A stretch of DNA of 64,000 bases from the NCBI RefSeq assembly GCF_018350175.1, contig NC_058368.1, forward strand, positions 2,170,001 through 2,234,000. Direction: 5' to 3'. This stretch comes from Felis catus. Taxonomy: Eukaryota. The notes beneath the pieces were generated by a model. The model made no database searches, was not told the origin of the DNA, and was given only the letters and a program-made list of their open reading frames with translations. Positions 1 through 13,113 of this stretch are shown here, in pieces. The translations under genes were made by a program, and so were the position numbers. How positions within the stretch are numbered: the first letter of the stretch is position 1; each line of letters begins with the position of its first letter.

Positions 1-125
1 CCGTCCAATAGAGTAGCAACAAGCCACACGGGTCTATTTAGATTTAATTTGAAATTCATCAAGTTTTTAAAAGTAAAAATTAGCTTCTCAGATGTACTAG
101 CCACATTTTACGGATAGCCCAGCCT
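1..125 (+). mobile_element. hAT-Charlie DNA transposon fragment (MER33/MER3-like)
   Basis: TCCAATA..TAGC..AGCCAC and AAAATT..CTCAG..CTAGCCACATTT motifs typical of MER33. Confidence 0.6.
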
Positions 126-315
126 ACTGTGTTGGTTGTCTTAAGTGCTCATAGTGACTTCAAAAAAGGGAGGAGGTATGATTATATTAATTTGTTCATC
201 GAGTAATATTTGGAAAAAGCATAAAAATCACCCATGAATCTGTGACCTGGAGACAATCACATTTTGGTGTGTTTTTATCCATTCTTTTATTCTTTTTACT
301 TGAAATAAAATATAT

Positions 316-317
<2 letters not shown>

Positions 318-350
<33 letters not shown>
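318..350. repeat. (TG)n microsatellite
   Basis: About 16 perfect TG units. Confidence 0.95.
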
Positions 351-353
<3 letters not shown>

Positions 354-438
354 CATGCACATGCATGTCATTTTCCATCATTAAGTATTTTTAAAACATT
401 CTTTTTATGTTCTTATCTGTGCTTTAACACATATGTTA

Positions 439-636
439 GGGGTGCCTGGGTGGCTCAGTGGGTTCAGCATCCAACTCTTCTTTCGGCTCAGGTCATGATC
501 TCATGGTTCGTGAGTTTGAGTCCCGTATCCGGCTTTGCACTGTCAGTGCGGAGCCTGCTTTGGATTCTCTCTTTCCCCCGGCCCTCTCCCACTCTCTCTC
601 TCAAAATAAATAAATATTTTAAAAAATAATAAAAAC
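439..636 (+). mobile_element. SINEC (felid Can-SINE)
   Basis: GGGGTGCCTGGGTGGCTCAG head, CT-rich body, A-rich tail. Confidence 0.9.
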
Positions 637-1044
637 ATACGCTAGTTACAGAACACCATACACAGCCTAGTGTAGTTTGCTTCTATGCTACCACTTGACA
701 TCTAGATTTTTCCCATGCTTTGCTCTTATAAATAATGCTGTTCCTTCCTCTATAAACTCCTTGTTATAATTCTTTGTGCCAATGTACCTTAGAGTAAATT
801 CTGAGACACGGTTAAAGGGCATGGAAATTTTAAAGCTTTTGCCAAATGCTACCAAATTCCCCTAAATTCCCCTCTAGAAATATGTAAATGTACTCTTAAA
901 GGCTGCAGTAGTCTAAGTGGTTTTTTTTCCTTTTTAACTGAAGTATAGTTGACAGACAATATTAAAACAGACTGCGTCTAGAAATAGTAGCGTATATAGG
1001 TCATCAGGAAAAAAATCAGAGCTTTCAAGGTTATGGAAACGTAC

Positions 1045-1130
1045 CAAAGCTATACTGTTCTTTGTAGAAGGAATTTTCAAACCAGGAGTGCAGAACGTGG
1101 GTGCCAAGGGGGAATCTGTATAGTCGCCAT
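1045..1130 (-). CDS. SKA3: SKA3 coding exon 6 (gene continues beyond the window start)
   Basis: 86 nt, (D)GDYTDSPLAPTFCTPGLKIPSTKNSIAL; TAG/GTACGT sites. Confidence 0.94.
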
Positions 1131-1181
1131 CTAAGAGACACAAACAATGGCATGAAAATATACATTTGAAAATAAAGTTGA

Positions 1182-1494
1182 GGGGCACCTGGGTGGCTCA
1201 GTCGGTTGGGCGGCTGACTTCGGTTCAGGTCATGATCTCAACTTGTGAGTTCGAGCCCCATGTCAGGGCTCTCTCAACTATTTAAAAAAAATTTTTTTTA
1301 ATGTTTATTTATTTTTCAGAGACAGAGTGCGAGCAGGGGAGGGGCAGAGAGAGAGGGAGACACAGAATCCGAAGCAGGCTCCAGGCTCTGAGCTGTCAGC
1401 ACAGAGCCTGACATGGGTCTCAAACCCACGAACCGAAAGATTATGACTTGAGCCGAAGTCAGATGCTTAACCGACTGGGCCACCCAGGCATCCC
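1182..1494. mobile_element. Truncated plus-strand SINEC (1182-1272) next to a full minus-strand SINEC (1291-1494)
   Basis: tRNA-derived head on the plus strand, then T-tail and reversed SINE body. Confidence 0.85.
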
Positions 1495-1734
1495 AAGATT
1501 TCAACTTTTACGTTCTAGTCAATATAATTTGTGTACTTTATGTTTAAGAACTCAAGAAATTAGCTACAGTGTGTGCTTGACTAGATAGGAAGAAACAAAG
1601 CTTCATATTCGCTTATCATCGGCACTAATAAAAGTTCAGCAAGGCTGCAAGGTATAAGGGCAATATACAAAAACAAAAATCAGTAGCTCTACCAAAAGAG
1701 CAACAAGCAATTAAAAATATAATTTGATAGATCT

Positions 1735-1875
1735 TTTTCTTAATATGAAATTTATTGTCAAATTGGTTTCCATACAACACCCAGTGCTCATCCCAACAGG
1801 TGCCCTCCTCAATGCCCGTCACCCACTTTCCCCTCCCACCCACCCACCCACCCACCCATCAACCCTCAGTTTATG
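1735..1875 (-). mobile_element. Felid L1 3' end nested in an older L1 fragment
   Basis: Reverse of the GGCATTGAGGAGGGCACCTGTTGGGATGAGCACTGGG...GACAATAAA terminus. Confidence 0.85.
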
Positions 1876-3157
1876 AGAGAAGACATTTTTTACAACAGCA
1901 ACAAAGAAGACAAGACGCCTACAGGTAACTCTATCAAAATCTGTATGAACTTTCTGGAGAAGATCAAATTTCTAAAGAAGAAAAGAGGGAAGGAAGAGGA
2001 CAAGGAGGTCACCTACCTTCTAAGACACTAGGATTTACTCTAAAGCCATAACTGACTATCAGAACAAGAAAGAGATTTCAGAAACAGAACCATGTGTATA
2101 CAGACATTTAATGACTCTAACACATAGTATGATGAAAGCAGTCTTAAAAAAAAATCAAAGAGAAAAAGTAAACATGTTAGAAAAATGATCAGACTAGGAA
2201 AATTTTATTATGTCTAAAAATCAAGTGCTGGGAAAGATGGAGAAATAGGAACAGAAACACTGCTGGTGGGAATCAGAACAGCCGCTCTTGGGTGGCAATT
2301 AAGCATTTTCCAGAATACGGAAGATATGCATCACCTTTGATCTAGAAATGCCACTCCTAGATGTAACACATGTACACAAGGAACAAAGTCATCAGAGCAC
2401 TGCCTGTAGGAGTAAAGAAGTAAAAAACAACTACCCCTTAATAAGCAAATGAATAAATGAAATTTGGCTTATTCATGTAACGCTTAAAAATTAAGATGAA
2501 CTGGATTTACATGGAGTGAACGAAAAAAAAAACAAGTGACAAAATAAAAATTGGATGTTGTAACTTAAATAAAATTTTCAAACAACACAACTATACTTTA
2601 GAATAATCATCACTTCAGGGGAGGAAGGGAAGGAGAATAACGGAGTAGGGATTTAGCTTTATGTGTAATGGTAAAAGAAAGATCTGAAGCAAATGTAGTA
2701 CGATGCTAACATCTACTTAATCTGAAATCTGCATGGAGACAGTCAAACACGTGGGACTCTAAGACAGCCTCTGAAGAGGCAGTGGAACGGAGACAGTGCA
2801 TCAAGCTGAGAGCCTGGAAGAGCAGTGAGGTCTGCGGAGCAGGAACTGGAAAATGCTTGCCCAGTGGCACTGACTCCAGGGGAACAGGATGAAAGCAAGT
2901 GAGGCTAAAAGTCTAGTCTTTGCAAGAAACGGAAAACCAGAGTAGCAGCTCCAAACGGTGTAGAGTCGTGGGTTCTGAGCTCACTCTACGTGTCCAGTGC
3001 AGGCGACCTGAGTCAAGCAGTTAACATAAAAACGTGTGCGATCGGTAAACCCGTGGGGCCTCGGCTGGGGCAAGCATGAAATGGTTCCACAGGACTCCGT
3101 GACAACCCATGACACTGAAAACAACTTCATCTGAGAGGAGTTAAAAACTAAGAGCCT

Positions 3158-3325
3158 GGCAATCCCTATCAAAATAACACCAGCAGTCTTCCCAGAGCTA
3201 GAACGAACGATCCTAAAATTTCTATGGAACCAGGAAAGACCCCGAATAAGGAATCTACTCCTGAAATCACTGTTGCACTATATGCTAACTAACTTGGAGG
3301 TAGATGAAAAAAAAAAAAAAAAAAG
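3158..3325 (+). mobile_element. Short chimeric carnivore L1 (ORF2 piece joined to the 3' terminus)
   Basis: GCAATCCCTATCAAAATAACACCAGC ORF2 sequence followed directly by GAATCTACTCCTGAAATC..TATGCTAACTAAC and poly(A). Confidence 0.65.
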
Positions 3326-3329
3326 ACGA

Positions 3330-4330
3330 AAAACCTGTAAGGAAACACACCTCCAAGAAAGAGAATCAGAGCGATAAACAAAAGTATTAGCACCTTAAAC
3401 AGTTTTCCAAATACATGTGTCTAAAATGTTCAGAGATAAAGGAAAGCACAGAAATCATAAGGCAAGGGAACAGGATTATGGAAGGGAAAAAAAAGAACAG
3501 TCACATTTGAAGGGAAAAACATGTAAGACAGAAAATGTAGTCCCTGGAATAAAAATTCAATAGATTAAAATAATAATTTAGACTCAGTATAAAAGAAAAA
3601 TAGCAAAGTGGAAGAAAGTTCCAACTAAAGCACAAGGTAGCATAGAGAAAAGGAAAGTATCAAAGGGAAGTTAACAGACCAAGGAGACTGAAGGAGAACA
3701 TTCTAAAATCTGTTACAGAGATTCCAGTAGAAAAAAATTGAAGAATTAGGGAAGAGGTAATCTTATTAAAGAGATAATCTCAGAGTATTTTCCAAAATTG
3801 ATGACATGAGTTCTTAGTTTGAAAATCATACCAAATTCTAAACGCAATAAATAAAAACAAATAAACTTATTTTAAAATTACAGAGAAATGTAGAATATCA
3901 AAGATAATGACAAAAATCTTACGACCAGGAAGAAAAGACCACAGATCTACACAGGAAAGCACACGAGGCCCACAGGACTCTGCTCATCAGGAATGGGCAC
4001 CAGATCACAATGAAATAATTTCTGTATAAAATTTTGAAGAAAGTCAGCTATCTATTGTCTATTTCCAGCTAAATCACTGTTCCAAAATCAATGACAGAGA
4101 AAGAAAAGAGATCTTCAGACACAAAACCAGAGACCACTTCTCACAGATGAGAAGTATCTCAGACAACTGCTGAAGAAAACTAGACCCAGAAGGAATGAGT
4201 GGGATGTAAGAAGCAACAGTAAATAAAGAAAATGGTAAACAAATGACGAATTTTCACTAGGTATAGACTCTAAGAATCATACTAAGGGTACTTTTGTGGC
4301 ATAAGAATAGAGTCAAACTAAAATACGATA
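3330..4330 (+). mobile_element. Old L1 ORF1-region fragment
   Basis: A-rich degenerate sequence resembling L1M ORF1. Confidence 0.5.
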
Positions 4331-4455
4331 CAATCTCTCTTAACAAGCCGTCACTGAACCAAAGTTCTAATAGATAAACCTAAGCTTGCCATTCCCTCCG
4401 TCAAATACACTGCCTGTTTTCTCGTCAGTAAGCTGTTCTTTAAAAAATCCCTCCC

Positions 4456-4932
4456 GGGGACACCTGGGTGGCTCAGTCGTTTCAGACTCTTGATTTCAGC
4501 TCAAGTCACGATCTCACGTCTTGTGAGTGAGCCCACATCGGGCTCTGCACAGAGCGCGCACAGCCTGCTTGGGACTCTCTCCCTCTCTCTGCCCCTTCCC
4601 CGCTCGTGCTCTTTCTCTAAAAATAAATACACTTTAAAAAAGATGTTTAAAAAGAATCCATCCCACTTCAGAAGTAATACACAAATATTCTCCTATATCA
4701 TTTCCTTTTTTTTTTTTTTTTTTTTTTGCTTAAAGTTCATTTATTTATTTTGACAGAGGGAGAACATGTGAGATGGGGGGGAAAGAGAGAGAGGGAGACA
4801 CAGAACCGGAAGCAGGCTCCGCACTGTCAGCGCAGAGCCCCACGAGGGGCTTGAACCCATGAACCACAAGATCATGACCTGAACTGAAATCAAGAGTCAG
4901 ATGCTTAACCGACTGAGCCACCCAGGTGCCCC
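4456..4932. mobile_element. Inverted SINEC pair (plus 4456-4640, minus 4706-4932)
   Basis: Two SINE bodies tail-to-tail. Confidence 0.88.
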
Positions 4933-5231
4933 CCGCTGATCATTTTCTAAAAAGTTTATGCTCCTCTGGGAACTGACTCTTGGTATGTACGAGATGGTCC
5001 ACTCTCTCCCGCTTTGGCACAGACAGGCTCTTTCCTACAAGCTGAGCTCTAAGTTTACTACGAGTCATTTGTCTTTCTTCACACCTGTTGATGCCAGAAA
5101 TACTTGTTAATTTAATAACATAATTTAGTATTATATGTCAGTGAAATTAGTACAAAAAGAATTCTTCTGAAAAGATGTTCCTAGTTTGGAAGACTTGATA
5201 AAGACAAGTTACTTTTAAAAATATGGCAATA

Positions 5232-5430
5232 GGGGTGCCTGGGTGGCTCAGTCGGTTGAGCGTCCGACTTCGGCTCAGGTCATGATCTCACGTCTCGTGG
5301 GTTCGAGCCCCGCATCAGGCTCTGTGCTGACAGCTCGGAGCCTGGAGCCTGCTTCGAATTCTGTGTCTCCCTCTCTCTCTGCCCCTCTCCCGCTTGCACT
5401 CTCTCTCAAAAATAAATAAACATAAAAAAA
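5232..5430 (+). mobile_element. SINEC_Fc-type SINE
   Basis: Canonical head, body and tail; TGGCAATA flanking repeat. Confidence 0.9.
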
Positions 5431-5800
5431 ATTTTTTTAAATGTGGCAATAAATTTGACAGAGATTAGACAATTATAATTAATCAAGAAATCACAAAACT
5501 CTAGAATGTTTTCTTTTATATTTTTGTGAAAACTGATGTTTTTGTAGTTGGTGGGACAAATATGAAAACACTGTATGAAATTTTTCTTTAAGTTCTTGTA
5601 GTATTTTAAAAAAATAATTTGAAATGGTAGCTACTGTATTCTAAGTGTAGTTTATGTAAGAAAAATAATGTAGAATCTGATCAATGGGCTGAAGCTAAAT
5701 TTTAAAAAAAGGTACTGTTGATTCTGTATTAGAAGTTTGGTGAATGAATACATATTTATGTTTTAAGTTAAAATGTTAGAAACAAACAGGCTGGCAAATA

Positions 5801-6023
5801 TTTTTTTTTAATGTTTATTTATTTTTGAGAGGGAGAGAGAGACAGCAAGCACACATGAGCAAGGGAGGGGCAGAGAGAGAGAGGGAGACACAGAATCCAA
5901 AGCAGGCTCCAGGCTCTGAGCTGTCAGCACAGAGCCCATCGTGGGGCTTGAACTCACAAACTGTGAGATCATCACCTGAGCTGAAGTCAGACGCTTATCT
6001 GACAGAGCCACCCAGGCGCCCCA
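5801..6023 (-). mobile_element. SINEC_Fc-type SINE
   Basis: Reverse SINE consensus. Confidence 0.9.
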
Positions 6024-6252
6024 GATAAATATTGGCTATAATCAGGAAAACTATGAAAAGCATACCGGAAAATTCTCTTTCTCTAGTATGAAATCATGCC
6101 GCACCCAATGGGATAGAACTTTACATAACTCAATAGCATGAACTGACAAGACGCAGAAGGACTATGGGGGTGTCTAAGATGATAGAACCATTTTTGTACA
6201 AAGATAATCTAGAAAAAGGATAGCTGAGAAGTAATGTGATTCTTATACTCAC

Positions 6253-6338
6253 CATTTTTTTTCAACTGCTGGATTATGAGCCCAGGAGTAGCAAAGAAAT
6301 GATTACTGGTCACCGGTTCTGATTCTATGGCCTCCTCA
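6253..6338 (-). CDS. SKA3: SKA3 coding exon 5
   Basis: 86 nt, (S)EEAIESEPVTSNHFFATPGLIIQQLKKN; CAG/GTGAGT sites; phases fit the neighbouring exons. Confidence 0.92.
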
Positions 6339-6486
6339 CTGGCGTGATTCATAGGGAAATTATAAGGTGTTTAAAAAAAAAAAAAAGTTAATATTGAACC
6401 TCTGGGAAAAAATTCAGTCTTGCTATAGACAGTGTAGACAAACATTCAGTTCCATTCTGTGTAACACAAGTCCCATTGAACTGTGT

Positions 6487-6727
6487 GTTTTTGTTTTTTG
6501 TTTTTTGTTTTTTTAATTTTTTTTTTCAACGTTTATTTATTTTTGGGACAGAGAGACAGAGCATGAACAGGGGAGGGGCAGAGAGAGAGGGAGACACAGA
6601 ATCAGAAACAGGCTCCAGGCTCTGAGCCATCAGCCCAGAGCCTGACGCGGGGCTCGAACTCACGGACCGCGAGATCGTGACCTGGCTGAAGTCGGACGCT
6701 TAACCGACTGCGCCACCCAGGCGCCCC
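6487..6727 (-). mobile_element. Young SINEC_Fc
   Basis: CpG-rich, near-identical to the copies at 10086 and 20160. Confidence 0.92.
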
Positions 6728-7942
6728 TGTTTTTTTTTTTAATTAATGTACACACATGGCTCAAAAAAGGTTATGAACCATTTGGTATTGACAGCCTTGA
6801 CTGCGAAGCAGGCTAAGAACCCCCGGCTTAAGAGAAAGCCGTAAGTTTAACTCATCAGTTCAAATACAGGAGCTACATAGTTCATGGTTTCAAAACCATA
6901 AAGTGGAATTTTGCAACCAGTTTACAGATATAAATTAAGAACTTGTCATTTTTTTAGACTAAGAAAGACTGATCCCTGTCATCTAAGGACGTTCGAGCCA
7001 TTTACTCAGATGTCTGGAATATAAAGAGGAGTATCATCAAATAACTATAAGATGGTTCAACTAACCAATTGTCCTGGCATAATTTACTGAATAATTTTTA
7101 CTTCTGTAATATACATATTTATATATATCTGTATTATAATATAATAATTTTACTATTCGGTCATATTCCCTCATTACTATTATTTTTTATTACTATTTCA
7201 GCTACTCTTTTTTTTTAAGATTTTATGTTTTTAAGTAATCTTTACACCCAACATAGGGCTCGAACTCATGACCTCAAGATCAAGGGTTGCATGCTCTTCT
7301 GACTGAACCAGCCAGGCACCCCCTTTTTTAGCTACTTTTACTTATTATTCTTCCAAGTAAATTTTAGAGTCATTTTATCATTTACTTTAAAAAAATCCTA
7401 TCGAGGCTTTGTTGTAAATGCACAACATCTATAAATTAATTTGTCATGCTTAAGCATCTTAACAACATTCAGCCAGTCTATCAGGATGAAGAAAAAACAT
7501 TATATTCCCCACTTTTTCCTTTACTTAACCCAGAAATATTTATGGTTTTTATCATGTAGATCTTTTTACCCACGACTGGCATCAGTATTTCACTTTTTTG
7601 TCGCAAATTTGGATGGATTTTTTTCTACTCCGTTTAGGAACTAGTTTAGGAACTATAAAATATAGGAAAACATTATTTTAAATGGTTAACTTACCACTAT
7701 ATAAAATAGATCTTCTAAGAGCCTCTTTCTTGAAGCTTGAGATGTGAATTTTTTGAGTTGCCCATGTACAAAACATGGCCTAGAAATACTTGTTACTGGC
7801 CAGAGTTATCAAGAATGATGTTAAATAATGGTGACAGATAGCTTCACTATTATTAGATACTTGTAATTTATCATGTTAATGAAGTACTCTATTTTGACCA
7901 AACGTTTTAAAGGAACGGGTATCAAATTTTACCAAATCCTTA

Positions 7943-8915
7943 AGGCACCCAGGTGGCTCAGTCAGTTAGGCGTCTGACTCTTGATCTCGGTTCATGATCT
8001 CACAATGAGTGAGATTGAGCCCTCTGACAGCACAGAGCCTGTTTGGGATTCTCTCTCTCCTTCTCTCTTTGCCCTTCCCCCATCTGCACTCTCTCTCTCT
8101 CAAAATAAATAAACTTAAAAAAAAATTTTTATCAAATTCCTTATTGGCATCTATTAAGATTATCCTTTTTTCCCTTATTAAATCCAATCATTAAAATGTA
8201 TGTTATGGGCTTCAAGTATTAAACTATCTTTGCATTCCTGAGATAAGCTTAACTTGTAAGTTATCTACTATACTTGTAATATTCTGTGAATTCAATCTGT
8301 GAGTGGTTTAATTGGGACTTTACATTATTATTCATCAAATGGACTGGTTATAGTTTTCTCTTGCATGCTCTGTCAATGTGTGTATCAAGGGTATGTCACC
8401 CTCATAAACTAACCTCAGTGTTTTCTGTCTTAGATGTTTTAGAAAAAGAACTTTTTAAAGTAGGTTTCATGTCTGCCACGGAGCCCAGCATGGGGCCTTA
8501 GTATGGGGCCAGAACTCACGACGCTGAGATCAAGACCTGGACTGAGATCAAGAGTTGCACCCTTAACCAAGTGAGCCACCTAGGTGCCCCCAAAAAGAAC
8601 TTTTTTAGGCTGTGCTCCAATAAAACTTTATGTACAAAAAATAGGGAGCAGGCTGGATTTGGCCTGTGGCAGTAGTCTGCAGACCCCTGATAGTGACAGT
8701 TCTTTTTAAAAATGATTATTTTCAGGGGACCTGGGTGGCTCAGTTAGTTGAGCATCTGACTATTGACTTTGGCTCAGGTCATGATCTCCCGGTTCATGAG
8801 TTCAAGCCCTGCAGTGGGCTCTGTGCTGAAATTCGGAGCTTGCCCGGGATTCTATCTTTCCTGCTGTCTCTGCCCCTCCTCCGCTCCTGCTCTGTCTCAA
8901 AATAAATAAATAAAC
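7943..8915. mobile_element. Cluster: SINEC plus 7943-8125, SINEC minus 8450-8590, MER58A-like 8605-8690, SINEC plus 8725-8915
   Basis: SINE heads and tails; CAATAAAACTTTAT..GGCTGGATTTGGCC..GACCCCTG is a MER58A-type end. Confidence 0.8.
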
Positions 8916-8935
8916 TTTCTTTTAAAGCGGCTTAC

Positions 8936-9347
8936 CTTTTATTCTCCTTCATATTTTTAAGTCCCATCGTGTAATCTTCATTCAAACACGCAGTACAGTC
9001 AGAGATACCGAAGTGTTCTAATTTAGGAGTTACACACTCAAAATCATCCATCTTTAGGGCACATTTTGGAGTTTTTAGTACTTTAACTACGGACTGCTTG
9101 GAAGATGGAGTTAAAATTCTGGGCTCTTCTTCATGGTCGTTTACTGTCTGTGGAGGGTTTGGTGGAACTTGGGATATCATGTACCGCTCAAGCCCAAAAT
9201 CTGAAAGTTGGGGACTCCGTGGAGACTTCTCAGAACTAGCAGTGCTTGGAATAGCAGGATTGGACAGACTGTCCTTCACATCAGGCATTTGGACATTTTC
9301 ATGCTTAGTGGACTCTGAGTCAGAGTCAGTGATTTCTTGTTCATCCA
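8936..9347 (-). CDS. SKA3: SKA3 coding exon 4
   Basis: 412 nt, contains [15 protein letters not shown] and [28 protein letters not shown] acceptor, GTAAG donor. Confidence 0.96.
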
Positions 9348-10085
9348 CTGTGAGGAAAAACCAAGGAGGTCATATTCTGGTCAAACATCAAACCACAAAA
9401 TCCCAAGTACTAAAGCCACATAAAATAGCTCCATCTGAAATGTCCCCAATCAGCAAAAGTCCTGATTCCCTCCTTAGTCTCTAAAGTTTTATTTCAATTG
9501 TCCCTGTAGGAAATTTCTGACATGTACCTTTTGTCTACCCAGATCCCATTTTGTCTACACATTAAAGAAGGAAAGTAAACTAAAGTATTAAAAGATGAAA
9601 AATCCATGCAAATGAAAGTCCAATATCCTTACTCCCCCAGCTAATGTGATTTACCAATCTTTCTTAATGAATTCTGGAATTATTTTATCATTTGATGACA
9701 TTAACTACAGGGTGGAATTAACTATGATCTAGATTTAACACAAAGTATAACATTAGTTTAGATTATTCATTTACAGATGCCTAAGTTAAAAAGGAAAGAT
9801 TGTCACACCAAGATAAGTTTTTATCCTTAGTCGGGAACGCCTGTATCAAAAGTCTGGTTGAGGAAAATAATAGGAGAGCATTAGAAAGATATGTAGTTTC
9901 TCAACCCTGAAAAGGCCACATCTGGCTCCAGACCCCATATGGTTAATCACCACACTGTACATTTCAAACTAAATAATTTACTAACAACTATGCTTTTCCC
10001 CCACAATCCTTTGCCATTTCCTGCATACATTAATGGTTAGTGAATTTGGCGTGGGACCCAAGTTGCAGTTAAAAGGTCCAGGATA

Positions 10086-10308
10086 GGGGCGCCTGGGTGG
10101 TGCAGTCGGTTAAGCGTCCGACTTCAGCCAGGTCACGATCTCGCGGTCCGTGAGTTCCAGCCCTGCGTCGGGCTCTGGGCTGATGGCTCAGAGCCTGGAG
10201 CCTGTTTCCGATTCTGTGTCTCCTTCTCTCTCTGCCCCTCCCCCGTTCATGCTCTGTCTCTCTCTGTCCCCAAAATAAAATAAAACGTTGAAAAAAAAAA
10301 AAAAAAAG
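10086..10308 (+). mobile_element. Young SINEC_Fc with perfect TSD
   Basis: TSD AAAAGGTCCAGGATAG at 10071-10086 and 10304-10319; long pure A tail. Confidence 0.95.
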
Positions 10309-11579
10309 GTCCAGGATAGCACCTATGATGCCAAGGAACTGCAGAAGGAAAACCACTAGCTTTTAGTGTGAGAGACAACAGAAAGTCAAACAGGATAATC
10401 AGAAAGAAGATAATGTGGATTTGGCCAGGATCTGGGCAGAGATAACTTAACAAATGACAGGGCTTCAGTGAGATAGCAAGGTATGGAGAATGGGATGGGT
10501 ATTAGGAAAGCGTGGGACAAATGTAAAATGTGTAGCATGAAGTGGAGAAGAAAAATGAACCAGTAATTAGGGTAACAAGAAAGGAAGAGAAGATGGAGGG
10601 GGTGAGCTGAAGGAAGAGAAATTAAAATGTGTTCAGCATCCCCCGTGGGACAGGCATTTGAATGTTTCACTCCAATTAATTTTCATATTAACTATTTCAA
10701 GCACAAAATATCTTAGGATATTTTTTTGTTTTTATAAAGGCACCAAACAACATTTTGGAAAACAGTCAGCTGATACAATGTAAAGAGCCAAAACTTGACC
10801 TCACATGCTCTCATTCCAAACGCTACCATTTGTTTAAGAATAAGGAGCGAGGGAGTTACTACAAAGATCTGTTTTAGCCAACCTTGAATAGATATCATTT
10901 GGTTGCTAAATTAGAAATATGAATTGCAACAACTGTACTTGTTGAAGGAGATGGGAGAACGTTTCTCCAAAATACCTTGTTTGTTGTATTCTTTTTAAGA
11001 AGAAAGTACTTGTACTTTTGTTATGAATCGGAATGTATTTTTGTTAAGTCTGATAATGATCTTTTTTGTTTCTCTTCATCTTTTAAAGGAAAGTCTATAG
11101 TTAGAGTTAGATGGGGTCTATCAAACATTGGTATAGATCCCTGTCAGAATCTTTTGGGTCCAAAGGAACAGAAAAGGGATGAATTTAGGCTGTACATTTA
11201 GTTAGCCAGCAAAGAGATCAAACAGATTGGAGGAAGTGAAGAGGTGCACACTTTCTCTTTGAAGGTAGGGTTTTCTTTGTTCTGACTGGCAACAGGAAAC
11301 AAACGAGGATACGATACTGTTTTCACATGCATGATAAACCAAGATGTGTTAAATATGGAGTATGTACCATACCAAAAAAAAAAAAAAAGTTATAGACTCT
11401 GGTTTCATGGCTTTTGGCCCGCGGAAGAGCTGCTGATTCACAGCGTTCTGTTTTGGCATTGTGCTTTCTGCTTTCTGTTAATTCTGAGAAATGTTAGAAG
11501 AGCTACCAAAAACTTATCCTTGTATTTATCACAAGGCTGTCACTGATAAGATTAATAAAATCATCGCGATATCACTGCC

Positions 11580-12110
11580 TCACAGGGAGTTACTATCGTC
11601 CCCATTCTGCAAGTGAGAAAAAAGCAATTCAGAGAAATTATCCAAGGTCACACACCTGTAGCAACTGGTGGAGCCAGGATTTGAATCCATAGCTTGTTCA
11701 CACCAAAGTCAGCTGAATTCTTTCTATTGCACCACGCAGACTGTTTAATATACTCTCCGCACAGATCCCCAGTATGTATTTGCTGAATGTAATTAATGGT
11801 TGATTTATGTACAAAGGTCATTCTCATAACGGAAACAAAGGCACTGAAGTATGCTGAAATTAGTCCCTCACAGGTATGGGCCCCACGACAGTTAACACCA
11901 GGCGATTAACACGCCAGGTACTATTCTAGACAAACTTTATCTCATTCAATCCTTCCACAACCTCAAAGGTAAGTAGTATTAAACATCTCCACTCTATAGA
12001 TGAGATTCTGAGGTACGAGGTTAAGTAAGTGGTCAAAGAGAATACAGCTAGTAAATGGTGGGATTAGAGATTTGCATTCAGATGGTCTGGCTCTACTTCT
12101 AAAACACCAT
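11580..12110. mobile_element. MIR fragments
   Basis: CCCATT..GAGAAA..CCAAGGTCACAC..GGAGCCAGGATTTGAA and GAGGTTAAGTAA..CAGCTAGTAAATGG motifs. Confidence 0.7.
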
Positions 12111-12314
12111 GTTATCCTACCCTTCGTTAGAACTGTAAAACTTAAAAAAGGACTTTATCAGTTTATATTGCCCCCAATTTCTTGTTCTACGGAAGAAAAA
12201 ATTGAGAACAAGAAAAATGAAATAGCACGCCTTACCTTCAGTCTCTCGGCTATTTTTGGCAGAGCTGACTAGAAACCAACCATCCTAAAATCATGTGGAT
12301 CTATCCTGTAGTCT

Positions 12315-12532
12315 TCTTTAACGTTTATTTATTATTGAGAGACAGAGAGACACAGAGCATGAGCAGGGGAGGGACAGAGAGAGAGAGGGAGAGGGAGACA
12401 CAGAATCCGAAGCAGGCTCCAGGCTCTAAGCCGTCAGCACAGAGCCCGACGCGGGGCTCGAACCCACCGACCGTGAGATCGTGACCTGAGCCGAAGTGGG
12501 TCGCTTAACCGACTGAGCCACCCGGGCGCCCC
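12315..12532 (-). mobile_element. SINEC_Fc-type SINE
   Basis: Reverse SINE consensus. Confidence 0.9.
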
Positions 12533-12756
12533 TCTTGTACTCTTCTTTAATCTAGCATTTTGGAAAGGAGAGGAAGGACTGTCTTTGTTTTGCCACCACC
12601 AGTCAGCACTGCATCCAGCACAGAGACTGATGAATAAATGACCACACATGACAAGTCACATAATGGCGGAGCCAGAACCAGAGTAACCGTACTGGATCAC
12701 GCTGCCTTCCTTCTTTAATACTAAACCAAACGCCCTAAAATGCAAATCATTCACAC

Positions 12757-12922
12757 CTGAGCTTTTCTTGGCACGTGGATTATATCCATACTTCTGGAAA
12801 AACTCCGTTATTTTCATGATATCCATTGAATTTTTTTTCATTAGTACTTTTGTTGCCTTTATGAAACCAATGCTTTCTTGACTTTCCAAACTTGCTTTAT
12901 CAAGAAGAAGAATGACATCATC
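12757..12922 (-). CDS. SKA3: SKA3 coding exon 3
   Basis: 166 nt, [59 protein letters not shown] sites. Confidence 0.95.
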
Positions 12923-13051
12923 CTTTTATGAGGAAAAAAAGTACATTATAATTTTTCTATCAAAAGACTTAGTCTTAAGACTAAAAGACTACGTCTATTT
13001 ATTTAAAAATTACCACACAAAGATGATAAATTAATATTGCAGGACCCATAC

Positions 13052-13113
13052 CTTTAGAGTCTGGACTTCAGAAAGAAGGTCATATAAAATTCTCACTGGA
13101 TAATCTTCAATGT
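13052..13113 (-). CDS. SKA3: SKA3 coding exon 2
   Basis: AG..GT bounded 62 nt encoding (D)IEDYPVRILYDLLSEVQTLK; phase-compatible with exons 1 and 3. Confidence 0.93.

Noticed and set aside
9098..9484. 128-aa plus-strand ORF
   Set aside because: Antisense shadow of SKA3 exon 4
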